The position numbers and the translations under genes were made by a program. From positions 102,947-166,946 of the forward strand of contig JBJETT010000009.1 in NCBI GenBank assembly GCA_051883455.1: a DNA stretch of 64,000 nt. The letters run 5' to 3'. Shown here in pieces: positions 26,574 through 34,924 of this stretch (position 1 is the stretch's first letter; each line of letters starts with the position of its first letter). The stretch is from Christensenellales bacterium. Lineage in GTDB: Bacteria; Bacillota; Clostridia; Christensenellales; UBA3700. Below the pieces are notes generated by a model. That model was not told the origin of the DNA. It was given only the letters and a program-made list of their open reading frames with translations, and did no database searches.

Positions 26574-28964
26574 TTATTCAGTTCTCAACGCCACTACCGC
26601 ATCTCTCTTGGACGCTGCGTAGGAAGGAATTAGACCCGCGATTATCGTCAAAAGCGTGCTGATTGCTATCAGCATCAAGGCGTGCCAAGGTGATAGCGAA
26701 CACAGCGTGGTTATGCCGGATTTTGCACCTATAATAAGATTGATAGGTATGCTGAGAATATACGTGACTATTACGCCTATCGTGCCCGCAACCGCACCTA
26801 TTATCGTTGTTTCGGCGTTGAACACGTTGAGAATGTCGGTCTTTCGTGCGCCGAGGCTTCGCAAGATACCTATCTCTTTGGTGCGTTCTACTACCGACAC
26901 GTAGGTGATTACACCTATCATAACCGAGCTAACCAGAAGCGACACCGCTGCAAAGCAAATGAGAGCTATAGATACTACGTTGACGGTAGAGCCCATCATA
27001 TCGGTAGCAAACTTGGACATATCGTTGTAGTTGATTTTTTCTCCCGTCCATGCGTCGAGATACTGCGTCACCTTTTGCTTGCCGTCAAAGTCCTTAGGAT
27101 AGATATTGATGCCGATAGGAATAGCGCTACCGCCGATTGATAACAGTACGTCTTGCGCTTGCTTTTCGTTGATGGTGCTACCCGTAAAGACGTTTTTGGT
27201 CATATCGGATTTTTGGGCTTGCACGATATCGGATGCAAGAGAGTCTTGCATTACGTATCGGGTAAGCTCGGAGGTGTAGGCAATACCAGTAGAAAGCATA
27301 CCTAACATATTGTCGGGTCTTTCTCTCAAAATTCCTACTATCTCTAAGTCTATTATTCCTTCCGTTCCGTAGAGATATAGGTTGGGAATACTGTTGACTT
27401 TATACGTACCGTTTGCCTCGTCGTATGAATAGTAAGCGTTGTTTGTGACAAGCTTTAGTTTGACGCCGAGCAAGTCGTCGAAGGATATCCTTTGATAGGT
27501 TTGGTAACTCATTCCCAGCGAGGCAAGCAGGGATTGGCTGAGCTGGTTGGACTTATCTATAACCAAAACGACTTGGTTTTTCTCGGTAGGGAACTTTCCC
27601 TTGAGCAGTTGATATTGGCTTAGCACGTACGCCTCGTCGCCCACCATCTCCTGCCAATTGATATCGGGAGATTTTTCTCCGCCCGTCATCGAACCCATCA
27701 TATCCGCCATATTGGACATCCTTGCAACCTTGTCGTACTGTTTGTCACCACCAAAATAGTCTTTTCTTACTTCGCCGATGACATTCATATCTATGCCATA
27801 ACTGTAAACCACGCCGTCCACGTAGTTTTTGTTCTCCAACTCGGCAACGTAATCAACGTATTCTTGCGTGATGTTGTTGGTCTTGATAAGATCCTTCATG
27901 TTAGCCATAGGGTCGTACGGATAGACTAATTCTTCGTCTGGATATTGCGGTCTGGAATTGCTTGTAGTACCGCCCGGGGACATCATCATCTCCATCATTT
28001 TGTTGGTATCAATGCTCTCTTTAGCAATTTGAATAGGATAACTCGCCAGTACCGTCTTCTCCATTTGATTGATATACGTCTGCATACCGTTGGATATCGC
28101 AAGCACGAGAGCCACACCTATTATACCTATGCTCCCCGCAATAGCGGTCATTATCGTTCTACCCTTTTTGGTGCGAAGATTGTTGAAAGATAGTTTGAGC
28201 GCCGTCAAAAAACTCATAGAGGTCTTTTTGAGATCCTTTTTCTTCTCCTTGACGCTCTTTTCTTGCACGCTAGGCTCGTATTGATAGCAATACGGAGCGG
28301 AGTCCGCCACCACCACGCCGTCGTTGAGTCGCACTATTCTCGTGGCGTATTGTTGCGCAAGCTCGGGATTGTGCGTAACCATTATTACGAGTTTTTCTTT
28401 GGATATCTCTTTGAGAATATCCATTATCTGCACGCTGGTTGCACTATCCAACGCACCCGTCGGCTCGTCGGCAAGAATTATGTCGGGATTGTTGACGAGG
28501 GCTCTGGCAATGGACACCCTCTGCATTTGTCCACCCGAGAGTTCGTTGGGGCGCTTGTTGACTTTGTCCTCTAGCCCCACGTCTTTGAGGGCTTGCAAGG
28601 CTCTACGCTTGCGCTCTTCTCTGCCCACGCCCGATAGGGTGAGTGCCATCTCCACGTTGGCAAGAATAGTCACGTGAGATATGAGATTGTAGCTCTGAAA
28701 AATAAAACCTATGCGGTTGTTACGATATGCGTCCCAGTCTACGTCCTTGTACTTATCGGTAGACACTCCGTTGATAACGAGGTCGCCCTCGGTGTATCTA
28801 TCAAGTCCGCCTATTATGTTGAGCATGGTAGTCTTGCCACAGCCCGACTGTCCCAATACCGCTACGAACTCGCTCTCTCTAAAGTCTAGGCTCACACCCT
28901 TGAGCGCATGAACGAGATTGTCGCCTTGCCCATAGTTTTTGACGATATTCTTTAATTGCAACAT
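26574..28964 (-). CDS. Fused ABC transporter ATP-binding protein / FtsX-family permease (MacB-like)
   Basis: 796 aa. The N-terminal domain has Walker A GQSGCGKTT, signature LSGGQMQRVSIARAL and Walker B IILADEPTGALD. A large extracytoplasmic domain and a C-terminal FtsX-type four-helix region follow. GGGAGA RBS present. Confidence 0.85.
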   Translation of the reverse strand: MLQLKNIVKNYGQGDNLVHALKGVSLDFRESEFVAVLGQSGCGKTTMLNIIGGLDRYTEGDLVINGVSTDKYKDVDWDAYRNNRIGFIFQSYNLISHVTILANVEMALTLSGVGREERKRRALQALKDVGLEDKVNKRPNELSGGQMQRVSIARALVNNPDIILADEPTGALDSATSVQIMDILKEISKEKLVIMVTHNPELAQQYATRIVRLNDGVVVADSAPYCYQYEPSVQEKSVKEKKKDLKKTSMSFLTALKLSFNNLRTKKGRTIMTAIAGSIGIIGVALVLAISNGMQTYINQMEKTVLASYPIQIAKESIDTNKMMEMMMSPGGTTSNSRPQYPDEELVYPYDPMANMKDLIKTNNITQEYVDYVAELENKNYVDGVVYSYGIDMNVIGEVRKDYFGGDKQYDKVARMSNMADMMGSMTGGEKSPDINWQEMVGDEAYVLSQYQLLKGKFPTEKNQVVLVIDKSNQLSQSLLASLGMSYQTYQRISFDDLLGVKLKLVTNNAYYSYDEANGTYKVNSIPNLYLYGTEGIIDLEIVGILRERPDNMLGMLSTGIAYTSELTRYVMQDSLASDIVQAQKSDMTKNVFTGSTINEKQAQDVLLSIGGSAIPIGINIYPKDFDGKQKVTQYLDAWTGEKINYNDMSKFATDMMGSTVNVVSIALICFAAVSLLVSSVMIGVITYVSVVERTKEIGILRSLGARKTDILNVFNAETTIIGAVAGTIGVIVTYILSIPINLIIGAKSGITTLCSLSPWHALMLIAISTLLTIIAGLIPSYAASKRDAVVALRTE

Positions 28965-29309
28965 AGTGCTCTCCCTATTGAATGGCGTTTCGTTTGATTT
29001 ATTCTATCATAAATGCCAATAACAAAAAACCTTAATATACTAAAAATCTATCGTTTTACTAAACTTTTACAAATTTTCTTGCCTTAAAATTGTCTGTTCC
29101 CGTTGGCTTGTCTATGGAATTTTTGCGACAAACGTTGTCACGCTTTGCCTTTTGAACAACAAAAAACCAATAAAAATACTAAAAAACTCGATACAGGTCG
29201 TACAAATCGCATTGTCACCATTATTTATTGTTATATCAACCTTATATTGATTATCGTTTTTCAATTATCTCGGTTGACATCTTTCCGTCCTAACGAATAT
29301 GCAAAATTA

Positions 29310-29343
29310 TAAAAAATAGCCCCGCACTATTGTTGCGAGGCTA
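29310..29343 (-). terminator. Intrinsic terminator after the FabG-like SDR gene
   Basis: Minus strand AGCCTCGCA-acaatag-TGCGGGGCT forms a 9-bp stem (one G-U pair) followed by ATTTTTTAT. Confidence 0.7.
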
Positions 29344-29362
29344 AGTCGATTTGGCTTGTATA

Positions 29363-30109
29363 TTACGTGCGAGCAAGTCCGTCTACGCTCAATACGACGC
29401 CCGTTATATAGCTTGCTTTGTCGCTGGCAAGGAAAACGAATGCGTTGGCGATATCCTCAGGCTCACCTATGCGACGCAAAGGTACCATTTTGATAAGCGG
29501 TGCTATCATTTGCTCCGGAACTGCCTTCATCATATCCGTCTTGGTTATTCCCGGTGCAATGGCGTTGACGCGAATACCGAACGGTCCCAACTCTCTTGCA
29601 AGAGATAGCGTTAGTCCGTTGACTGCAAATTTGGAAGTAGGATACGCCACGCCCGATGGCTGACCGTAAATACTTACCATACTGCTAGTATTGAGAATGC
29701 AACCGCTCTTACGCTCTTTCATTCCGTCGACAACGGCACGAGAACAGTTGAACGTGCCTTTGAGGTTGAGATCCATAACTTTGTCGAACATCTCTTCGGT
29801 ATAACTCGTAAACGGCTCGTTGGCGGATACGCCCGCATTGTTGACGAGAATATCAATCTTGCCGTATTCTTTTTCTACTTGGTCAAAAGCTGCTTTTACT
29901 TCTTCGTAACTGGTAAGGTCGGGACTAATACCACTTACCTTCCAATCAGCATTTTCCGCTTTTAACTCGGCTACCGCTTTTGCCGCACTCTCGGGTCTGG
30001 AACCGCACAAAATTACGCTTGCTCCTTCTTTGAGGAACTCTTTGACCGTCGCAAAGCCTATGCCTCTAGAACCACCCGTAACGATGGCTACTTTTCCTTC
30101 TAACAACAT
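29363..30109 (-). CDS. SDR family oxidoreductase (3-oxoacyl-ACP reductase FabG-like)
   Basis: I take the ATG at 30109, preceded by AGGAAGGAGAA (248 aa). Has MLLEGKVAIVTGGSRGIG, NNAG and YPTSK (YxxxK) motifs. Confidence 0.85.
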   Translation of the reverse strand: MLLEGKVAIVTGGSRGIGFATVKEFLKEGASVILCGSRPESAAKAVAELKAENADWKVSGISPDLTSYEEVKAAFDQVEKEYGKIDILVNNAGVSANEPFTSYTEEMFDKVMDLNLKGTFNCSRAVVDGMKERKSGCILNTSSMVSIYGQPSGVAYPTSKFAVNGLTLSLARELGPFGIRVNAIAPGITKTDMMKAVPEQMIAPLIKMVPLRRIGEPEDIANAFVFLASDKASYITGVVLSVDGLART

Positions 30110-30166
30110 AATTTTCTCCTTCCTTATACTTATTGGCTCTTGGTTTAATACCACGCCCTTATATAT

Positions 30167-30196
30167 ATTATAATATTTTTTCGTCCGAATAGTCAA
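30167..30196 (-). promoter_or_regulatory. Sigma-A-type promoter of the FabG-like gene
   Basis: Minus strand has TTGACT (30196-30191), an 18-nt spacer and TATAAT (30172-30167). Confidence 0.6.
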
Positions 30197-30230
30197 GATG
30201 CAAAAAAATTGCAAATACGTAAAAATTTCG

Positions 30231-30257
30231 ATAAAAATCGCTCCCGTCAGGGAGCGA
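30231..30257 (-). terminator. Intrinsic terminator after the thioesterase gene (end of the glycolytic operon)
   Basis: Minus strand CGCTCCC-tgac-GGGAGCG is a 7-bp GC-rich stem followed by ATTTTTAT. It starts 5 nt after the stop codon. Confidence 0.7.
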
Positions 30258-30261
30258 AAAA

Positions 30262-30753
30262 TCAAATATTTATCTCAGTCACGTCGTCTGGCAAGTATTC
30301 GTCTAATTGCTCGACCATATCGACGTCGGTGATTTTGGAAGGTGGCAGCTTGACGTAGATAGCCTCTCCTTCCGCAAGAAGCTTGCCGTCTTGGTCAAAA
30401 ATCTCACTCTTGGCACTAAAGCCCCTCTTACTATTGGTAAGCAAGGTGCCTACTCCCACGAGGGGAACGTCGTACGGCACGGGCTTGCGAAATTTGAGTT
30501 TTAGACTCGACGTTACGGCAAGCGTGTCGGGCTCATACGCCCAAATCACACGCCCTGCCAATTCGTCAAGCATGCAAGATATCATTCCTCCGTGTGCTCT
30601 ACCGGGGTAGGACTGGTGTATAGCCTTGTACTCAAACAGCGTTGCAACTCTCTTGTCTTCCAGTTCGTAGAAAGGGGCTTTGAGTCCGCTGTCGTTGTAC
30701 AGCCCGCAGATGATGCACATCTTGCTATTGTTTTGTTTTTTGACTACCTTCAT
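30262..30753 (-). CDS. Hotdog-fold thioesterase (PaaI/4HBT-like)
   Basis: I take the ATG at 30753 (163 aa, MKVVKKQNN...), which overlaps the gpmI TGA (ATGA). The core HQSYPGRAHGGMISCMLDELAG is typical of the PaaI-type catalytic helix. Confidence 0.7.
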   Translation of the reverse strand: MKVVKKQNNSKMCIICGLYNDSGLKAPFYELEDKRVATLFEYKAIHQSYPGRAHGGMISCMLDELAGRVIWAYEPDTLAVTSSLKLKFRKPVPYDVPLVGVGTLLTNSKRGFSAKSEIFDQDGKLLAEGEAIYVKLPPSKITDVDMVEQLDEYLPDDVTEINI

Positions 30754-32282
30754 TTGACTATTAGACTCTTGCCCGTCATCTCGGCAGGGATTGCAAGTCC
30801 CATCATCTCGAGCATAGTAGGAGCTATGTCGCAAAGCTTGCCCTCGGTGAGTCCTTTGACTTCGTCGTTGCCTACCGCAATGAGTGGAACGGGGTTGGTA
30901 GTGTGAGCCGTAAACGGAGTTCCGTCAGGCTCGAACATATAGTCGCAGTTGCCGTGGTCGGCGGTAATCAACGCTTGACCGCCCACTTCCAATATGGCGT
31001 CTACAACCTTCTTGACGCACTCGTCGGTGACTTCTACCGCCTTGACAGCTGCTTCCATAACGCCGGTATGTCCTACCATGTCGCAGTTGGCAAAATTGAG
31101 TATCATGACGTCGTATTTGCCCGATTTGATGACTTCTACAGCCTTGTCGCACACCTCGTATGCACTCATCTCAGGCTTCAAATCGAAGGTGGCAATCTTA
31201 GGAGAATCGATAAGAATTCTATCCTCGCCCGCATTAGGAGCTTCTACACCACCGTTGAAGAAGAAGGTGACGTGAGCATACTTTTGAGTTTCGGCAATAC
31301 GGAATTGCTTGAGTCCCAACTTGGAGAGATATTCGCCCAAAGTGTTGACGTATTTCTCAGGTCTATATGCCACGTCGAGTCGGTCGTTGAAGGTCACGTC
31401 GTATTGAGTAAAGGACACGAAGTTAGGTGCAAGGAAGCCCTTGGCTCTCTTGAAGCCGTTGAAGTCGTCGTAGATAAACGAACGGGTGATTTGTCTAGCT
31501 CTGTCGGGACGGAAGTTGAAGAAAATTATTCCGTCGCCACGACTGATAGTCGCGATTGGGTTGCCGTTCTTGGTAATGACGGTAGGCAAAACGAACTCGT
31601 CGGTTACGCCGTTGTCGTAGCTGTTTTGCATAGCCTCGATAGGGTCGGTTTCCGCTACGCCTTCGCCGTCGACCATTGCTCTGTACGCCTTGTCCACTCT
31701 ATCCCAAATGTTGTCTCTATCCATTGCGTAGAAACGTCCGTTGATAGTGGCGATTTCGCCAAAGCCTATCTCCTTGGTGTAAGCAACCAACTTTTCGATA
31801 AAGCCCTTACCACTGGTAGGAGGCACGTCTCTGCCGTCCATAAAGCAGTGGATATACACGTTGTCAAGCCCTCTCATCTTAGCCATTTTGATAGCGGCGA
31901 AGAGGTGCTCGATATGCGAGTGAACGCCACCGTCGGACACGAGTCCCATGAGGTGAAGCTTTCTACCGTTACTCTTGGTCTTGTCCATAACGTCGACCAA
32001 AGCCTTGTTGGTAAAGAAGTCGCCGTCGTCGATAGCCTTGGATATACGAGTGAGCTCTTGATAAATAATTCTACCCGCACCGATATTGAGGTGTCCTACC
32101 TCGCTGTTGCCCATTTGTCCGTCGGGAAGTCCCACCGCCAAACCGCTGGCGTTGAGGGAAGTAGACGGATATTTTTTCATCATTTCGCTGACGTTGGGCG
32201 AAGTGGTGACGGATATTGCGTTGTTGTCGGCAGGAGCGTTGAGCCCGTAGCCGTCCATAATAATCAATCCTGTAAATTTCAT
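30750..32282 (-). CDS. gpmI: 2,3-bisphosphoglycerate-independent phosphoglycerate mutase
   Basis: 510 aa. Shows LIIMDGYG, GNSEVGHLNIGAGR (catalytic Ser), HLMGLVSDGGVHSH and the C-terminal ITADHGN. Confidence 0.92.
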   Translation of the reverse strand: MKFTGLIIMDGYGLNAPADNNAISVTTSPNVSEMMKKYPSTSLNASGLAVGLPDGQMGNSEVGHLNIGAGRIIYQELTRISKAIDDGDFFTNKALVDVMDKTKSNGRKLHLMGLVSDGGVHSHIEHLFAAIKMAKMRGLDNVYIHCFMDGRDVPPTSGKGFIEKLVAYTKEIGFGEIATINGRFYAMDRDNIWDRVDKAYRAMVDGEGVAETDPIEAMQNSYDNGVTDEFVLPTVITKNGNPIATISRGDGIIFFNFRPDRARQITRSFIYDDFNGFKRAKGFLAPNFVSFTQYDVTFNDRLDVAYRPEKYVNTLGEYLSKLGLKQFRIAETQKYAHVTFFFNGGVEAPNAGEDRILIDSPKIATFDLKPEMSAYEVCDKAVEVIKSGKYDVMILNFANCDMVGHTGVMEAAVKAVEVTDECVKKVVDAILEVGGQALITADHGNCDYMFEPDGTPFTAHTTNPVPLIAVGNDEVKGLTEGKLCDIAPTMLEMMGLAIPAEMTGKSLIVK

Positions 32283-32295
32283 AGTTTCCTTATAA

Positions 32296-32321
32296 GAAAG
32301 CCTTGATTTCTCAAGGCTTTC
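32296..32321 (-). other. Intercistronic stem-loop between tpiA and gpmI
   Basis: Minus strand GAAAGCCTTGA-GAAA-TCAAGGCTTTC is a perfect 11-bp stem with a GNRA tetraloop. No U-tract follows; the next sequence is TTATAAGGAAACTATG, the gpmI RBS and start. Confidence 0.7.
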
Positions 32322-32328
32322 GTAAATT

Positions 32329-33078
32329 TTAGTATTTTACAACTTGAGAAAAGTCAACTGCTTTGAGTGACGCGCCACCGATAAGTCCGCCGTCAATCTG
32401 TGGCATAGCCATAAGGTCGCTAGCGTTCTTAGGGTTCATAGAACCGCCGTATTGGATACGAACTTTGTTCTCTGCGCAGTCTTTGCAATACAAGTCAGCC
32501 ATCTTGTTGCGGATAATAGCAATGGTGTCGTTGGCTTCTTCTTTGGTAGCCGTCTTGCCAGTGCCGATTGCCCAAACAGGCTCGTAAGCGATGACGATAT
32601 TTTCAAGCTCTTCGTGTGGAATATCCTTGAATGCGCCCTCGGTTTGTCTAACGAGCACTTCTTCTACCTTACCGCTTTCTCTCTCTTCGAGGGTTTCGCC
32701 CACGCAGATGATTGGCTTGAGTCCCGCTGCGAGAGCTGCCTTGACTCTTGCGTTGACGGTTGCGTCGGTTTCGCCGAAGTATTGTCTTCTTTCGCTGTGT
32801 CCGATAATTACGTATTCTACGCCGAGCTCTACGAGCATCTTAGCGCTGATTTCACCCGTAAAAGCACCTTTTTCTGCCCAGTGTACGTTCTCTGCGCCCA
32901 CTTTGATATTGGTGCCCTTGGTCATCTCGACTGCGGTGGCAAGGTCGGTGTATGGGGTGCAAATTACCACTTCTGCCTCAGCGTCCGCAACGAGCGGAAT
33001 GAGGTCGGTTATCAATGCCTTGGTGTCGGCAATGGTGTTGTTCATTTTCCAGTTTCCTGCAATAATAGGTCTTCTCAT
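32329..33078 (-). CDS. tpiA: Triose-phosphate isomerase
   Basis: 249 aa. Shows IIAGNWKMN, the catalytic IIGHSERR, CVGE and AYEPVWAIGTG motifs. GAGGT RBS present. Confidence 0.92.
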   Translation of the reverse strand: MRRPIIAGNWKMNNTIADTKALITDLIPLVADAEAEVVICTPYTDLATAVEMTKGTNIKVGAENVHWAEKGAFTGEISAKMLVELGVEYVIIGHSERRQYFGETDATVNARVKAALAAGLKPIICVGETLEERESGKVEEVLVRQTEGAFKDIPHEELENIVIAYEPVWAIGTGKTATKEEANDTIAIIRNKMADLYCKDCAENKVRIQYGGSMNPKNASDLMAMPQIDGGLIGGASLKAVDFSQVVKY

Positions 33079-33093
33079 TTTGTTACCTCTTTT

Positions 33094-33525
33094 CTATTTA
33101 GTTTGTTGCAAGGTAATGCTTGCAATCATATTTTTGTTGACAAAGTAAGTCGCTTTTACGCTGCCGTCCTTTGCATATTTGTTGACTACGACGAAGTCGC
33201 CGTCAATTTCTTCTACTGTTCCTTCCACGATATCTTCTATCGTTGCGATAGTCACTTTTTGTCCCAAAATTCTATCAAAAATTCCGCTTTCCATAGTTCC
33301 CTCTCCCTGCAAATAGTTGCGATAATAAAAGATTGCTTTCCTTTTCCTATTGCGATAGCTCATCAAAATGAAGAACATAAAGATAGGAAACAAGTAGACG
33401 AACGGACTGATATAGTCGGGTCTGTATTGAAAAACACTCGTAATGAGTTTTACAACACACGCAAATGCCAACAATACCGCCGCACAAGTCAGTAGGTTGT
33501 TGAAAACTCTCTTGGTCAGTTTCAT
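33094..33525 (-). CDS. Small membrane protein with a soluble beta-rich C-terminal domain (function unknown), inserted between pgk and tpiA
   Basis: 143 aa. The ATG lies 3 nt after the pgk TAA. Two N-terminal TM helices are followed by GIFDRILGQKVTIATIEDIVEGTVEEIDGDFVVVNKY..., which resembles Sm/DUF2642-like beta-barrel repeats. Confidence 0.6.
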   Translation of the reverse strand: MKLTKRVFNNLLTCAAVLLAFACVVKLITSVFQYRPDYISPFVYLFPIFMFFILMSYRNRKRKAIFYYRNYLQGEGTMESGIFDRILGQKVTIATIEDIVEGTVEEIDGDFVVVNKYAKDGSVKATYFVNKNMIASITLQQTK

Positions 33526-33528
33526 CTA

Positions 33529-34848
33529 TTAGTCTTTGTCATTAAGACAAGCGATACCTGGGAGAATTTTGCCTTCGAAGAGCTCCAAAGACGCTCCGCC
33601 ACCCGTAGATATGTGGGTCATCTTGTCGGCAAAACCGAGTTGTGCAACTGCCGCCGCACTGTCGCCGCCACCGATAATGGTTGTTGCGTCGGTCGCTTCT
33701 GCCAAAGACTTGGCAACCGCTATGGTACCTGCTGCAAGAATTGGGTTTTCGAATACGCCCATCGGTCCGTTCCAAATAACGGTCTTAGCGTTCTTAACCG
33801 CATCGGCGTAGAGGGCTTGGGTCTTGGTGCCGATATCGAGTCCCATTCTGTCGTCAGGGATATTCATGCTGTCGACGTTTTCGATAGCGATAGGTGCGTC
33901 GATTGGGTCAGGGAAGCCTGCGGTAACGGTAGAATCTACAGGCAACAAGATGGTCTTGCCGAGTTCTTCTGCCTTAGCAAGCATGTCCTTGCAGTAGTCG
34001 ATTTTTTCGTTGTCAACGAGCGACATACCAACCTTTCCGCCCTTAGCGGCAAGGAAGGTGTAAGCCATACCGCCACCGATGACGAGCGTGTCGCACTTGT
34101 TGAGCAAGTTGTCTATAACTTTGAGCTTGTCGGCAACTTTAGCGCCACCCAAGATAGCAACGAAAGGTCTCTCAGGCGCTTCGAGTGCTCTTGCCATTAC
34201 GTTGAGCTCTTTCTCGATAAGGAAGCCGCAAACTGCCGTCTTAACAAAGCCGTATTCTACGATACCTGCGGTAGAAGCGTGGCTTCTGTGTGCGGTACCG
34301 AATGCGTCGTTGACGTAAATATCTGCGTACTTAGCAAGCTCTTTGCAAAATTCTTCGTCTCTCTTCTCTTCTTCGGCGTGGAAACGGAGATTTTCGAGTA
34401 ATACGCACTCGCCCTCTTTGCAAGCTGCAACCTTGGCTTTAGCGTCCTCGCCGATTACGTCCTTAGCAAAGGTAACCTTGCCGTCCAAAAGCTCGTTGAG
34501 TCTGTCGGCAACAGGCTTGAGAGTCAACTTGACAGGGTCGTTTTTGAGAGCTTTGGCAATGTAAGCTTCTTTAGCTGCCTCTTGCTCTTCTACAGGCAAC
34601 TTCTCAACTTCTTTTTTCTCCTTCTTGCTAAGACCTACTTTGGCACTAAAAATGCTGTGTGGCTTGCCCATATGAGAACAAAGAATAACCTTTGCGCCGT
34701 GCTCCATAAGATATTTGATAGTTGGAAGCGCGCCGTTGATTCTGTTTTCGTCGGTGATTTTGCCGTCCTTCATAGGCACGTTGAAATCAACTCTGACCAA
34801 ACATCTTTTGCCTTTGACGTCTACGTCTTTGATTGACATTTTGTTCAT
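33529..34848 (-). CDS. pgk: Phosphoglycerate kinase
   Basis: 439 aa. Shows [36 protein letters not shown] and GGGDSAAAV...[16 protein letters not shown] present. It carries an extra charged segment of about 38 aa after GKP (see findings). Confidence 0.92.
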   Translation of the reverse strand: MNKMSIKDVDVKGKRCLVRVDFNVPMKDGKITDENRINGALPTIKYLMEHGAKVILCSHMGKPHSIFSAKVGLSKKEKKEVEKLPVEEQEAAKEAYIAKALKNDPVKLTLKPVADRLNELLDGKVTFAKDVIGEDAKAKVAACKEGECVLLENLRFHAEEEKRDEEFCKELAKYADIYVNDAFGTAHRSHASTAGIVEYGFVKTAVCGFLIEKELNVMARALEAPERPFVAILGGAKVADKLKVIDNLLNKCDTLVIGGGMAYTFLAAKGGKVGMSLVDNEKIDYCKDMLAKAEELGKTILLPVDSTVTAGFPDPIDAPIAIENVDSMNIPDDRMGLDIGTKTQALYADAVKNAKTVIWNGPMGVFENPILAAGTIAVAKSLAEATDATTIIGGGDSAAAVAQLGFADKMTHISTGGGASLELFEGKILPGIACLNDKD

Positions 34849-34889
34849 AAAAGTAAACTCCTTTTTTGACTGATATTTTATTCACAATG

Positions 34890-34919
34890 ATTGTAGCACT
34901 TTTTTCGTGCCTTTGTAAA
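34890..34919 (-). promoter_or_regulatory. Promoter of the pgk-tpiA-gpmI operon
   Basis: Minus strand has TTTACA (34919-34914), an 18-nt spacer ending in TGc, and TACAAT (34895-34890), i.e. an extended -10. It lies directly downstream of the GH27 stop. Confidence 0.6.
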
Positions 34920-34924
34920 GCAAA

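Noticed and set aside
29103-29312. 69-aa plus-strand ORF in the ABC-transporter upstream region.
   Set aside because: It has no RBS, lies between two minus-strand transcription units, and has low-complexity Ile/Leu/Asn composition typical of A/T-rich noncoding DNA.
30903-33495. 467-aa (30903-32306) and 347-aa (32452-33495) plus-strand ORFs.
   Set aside because: They lie exactly antisense to the unmistakable gpmI and tpiA genes. They have no start signals or motifs and reflect codon-bias shadow frames.
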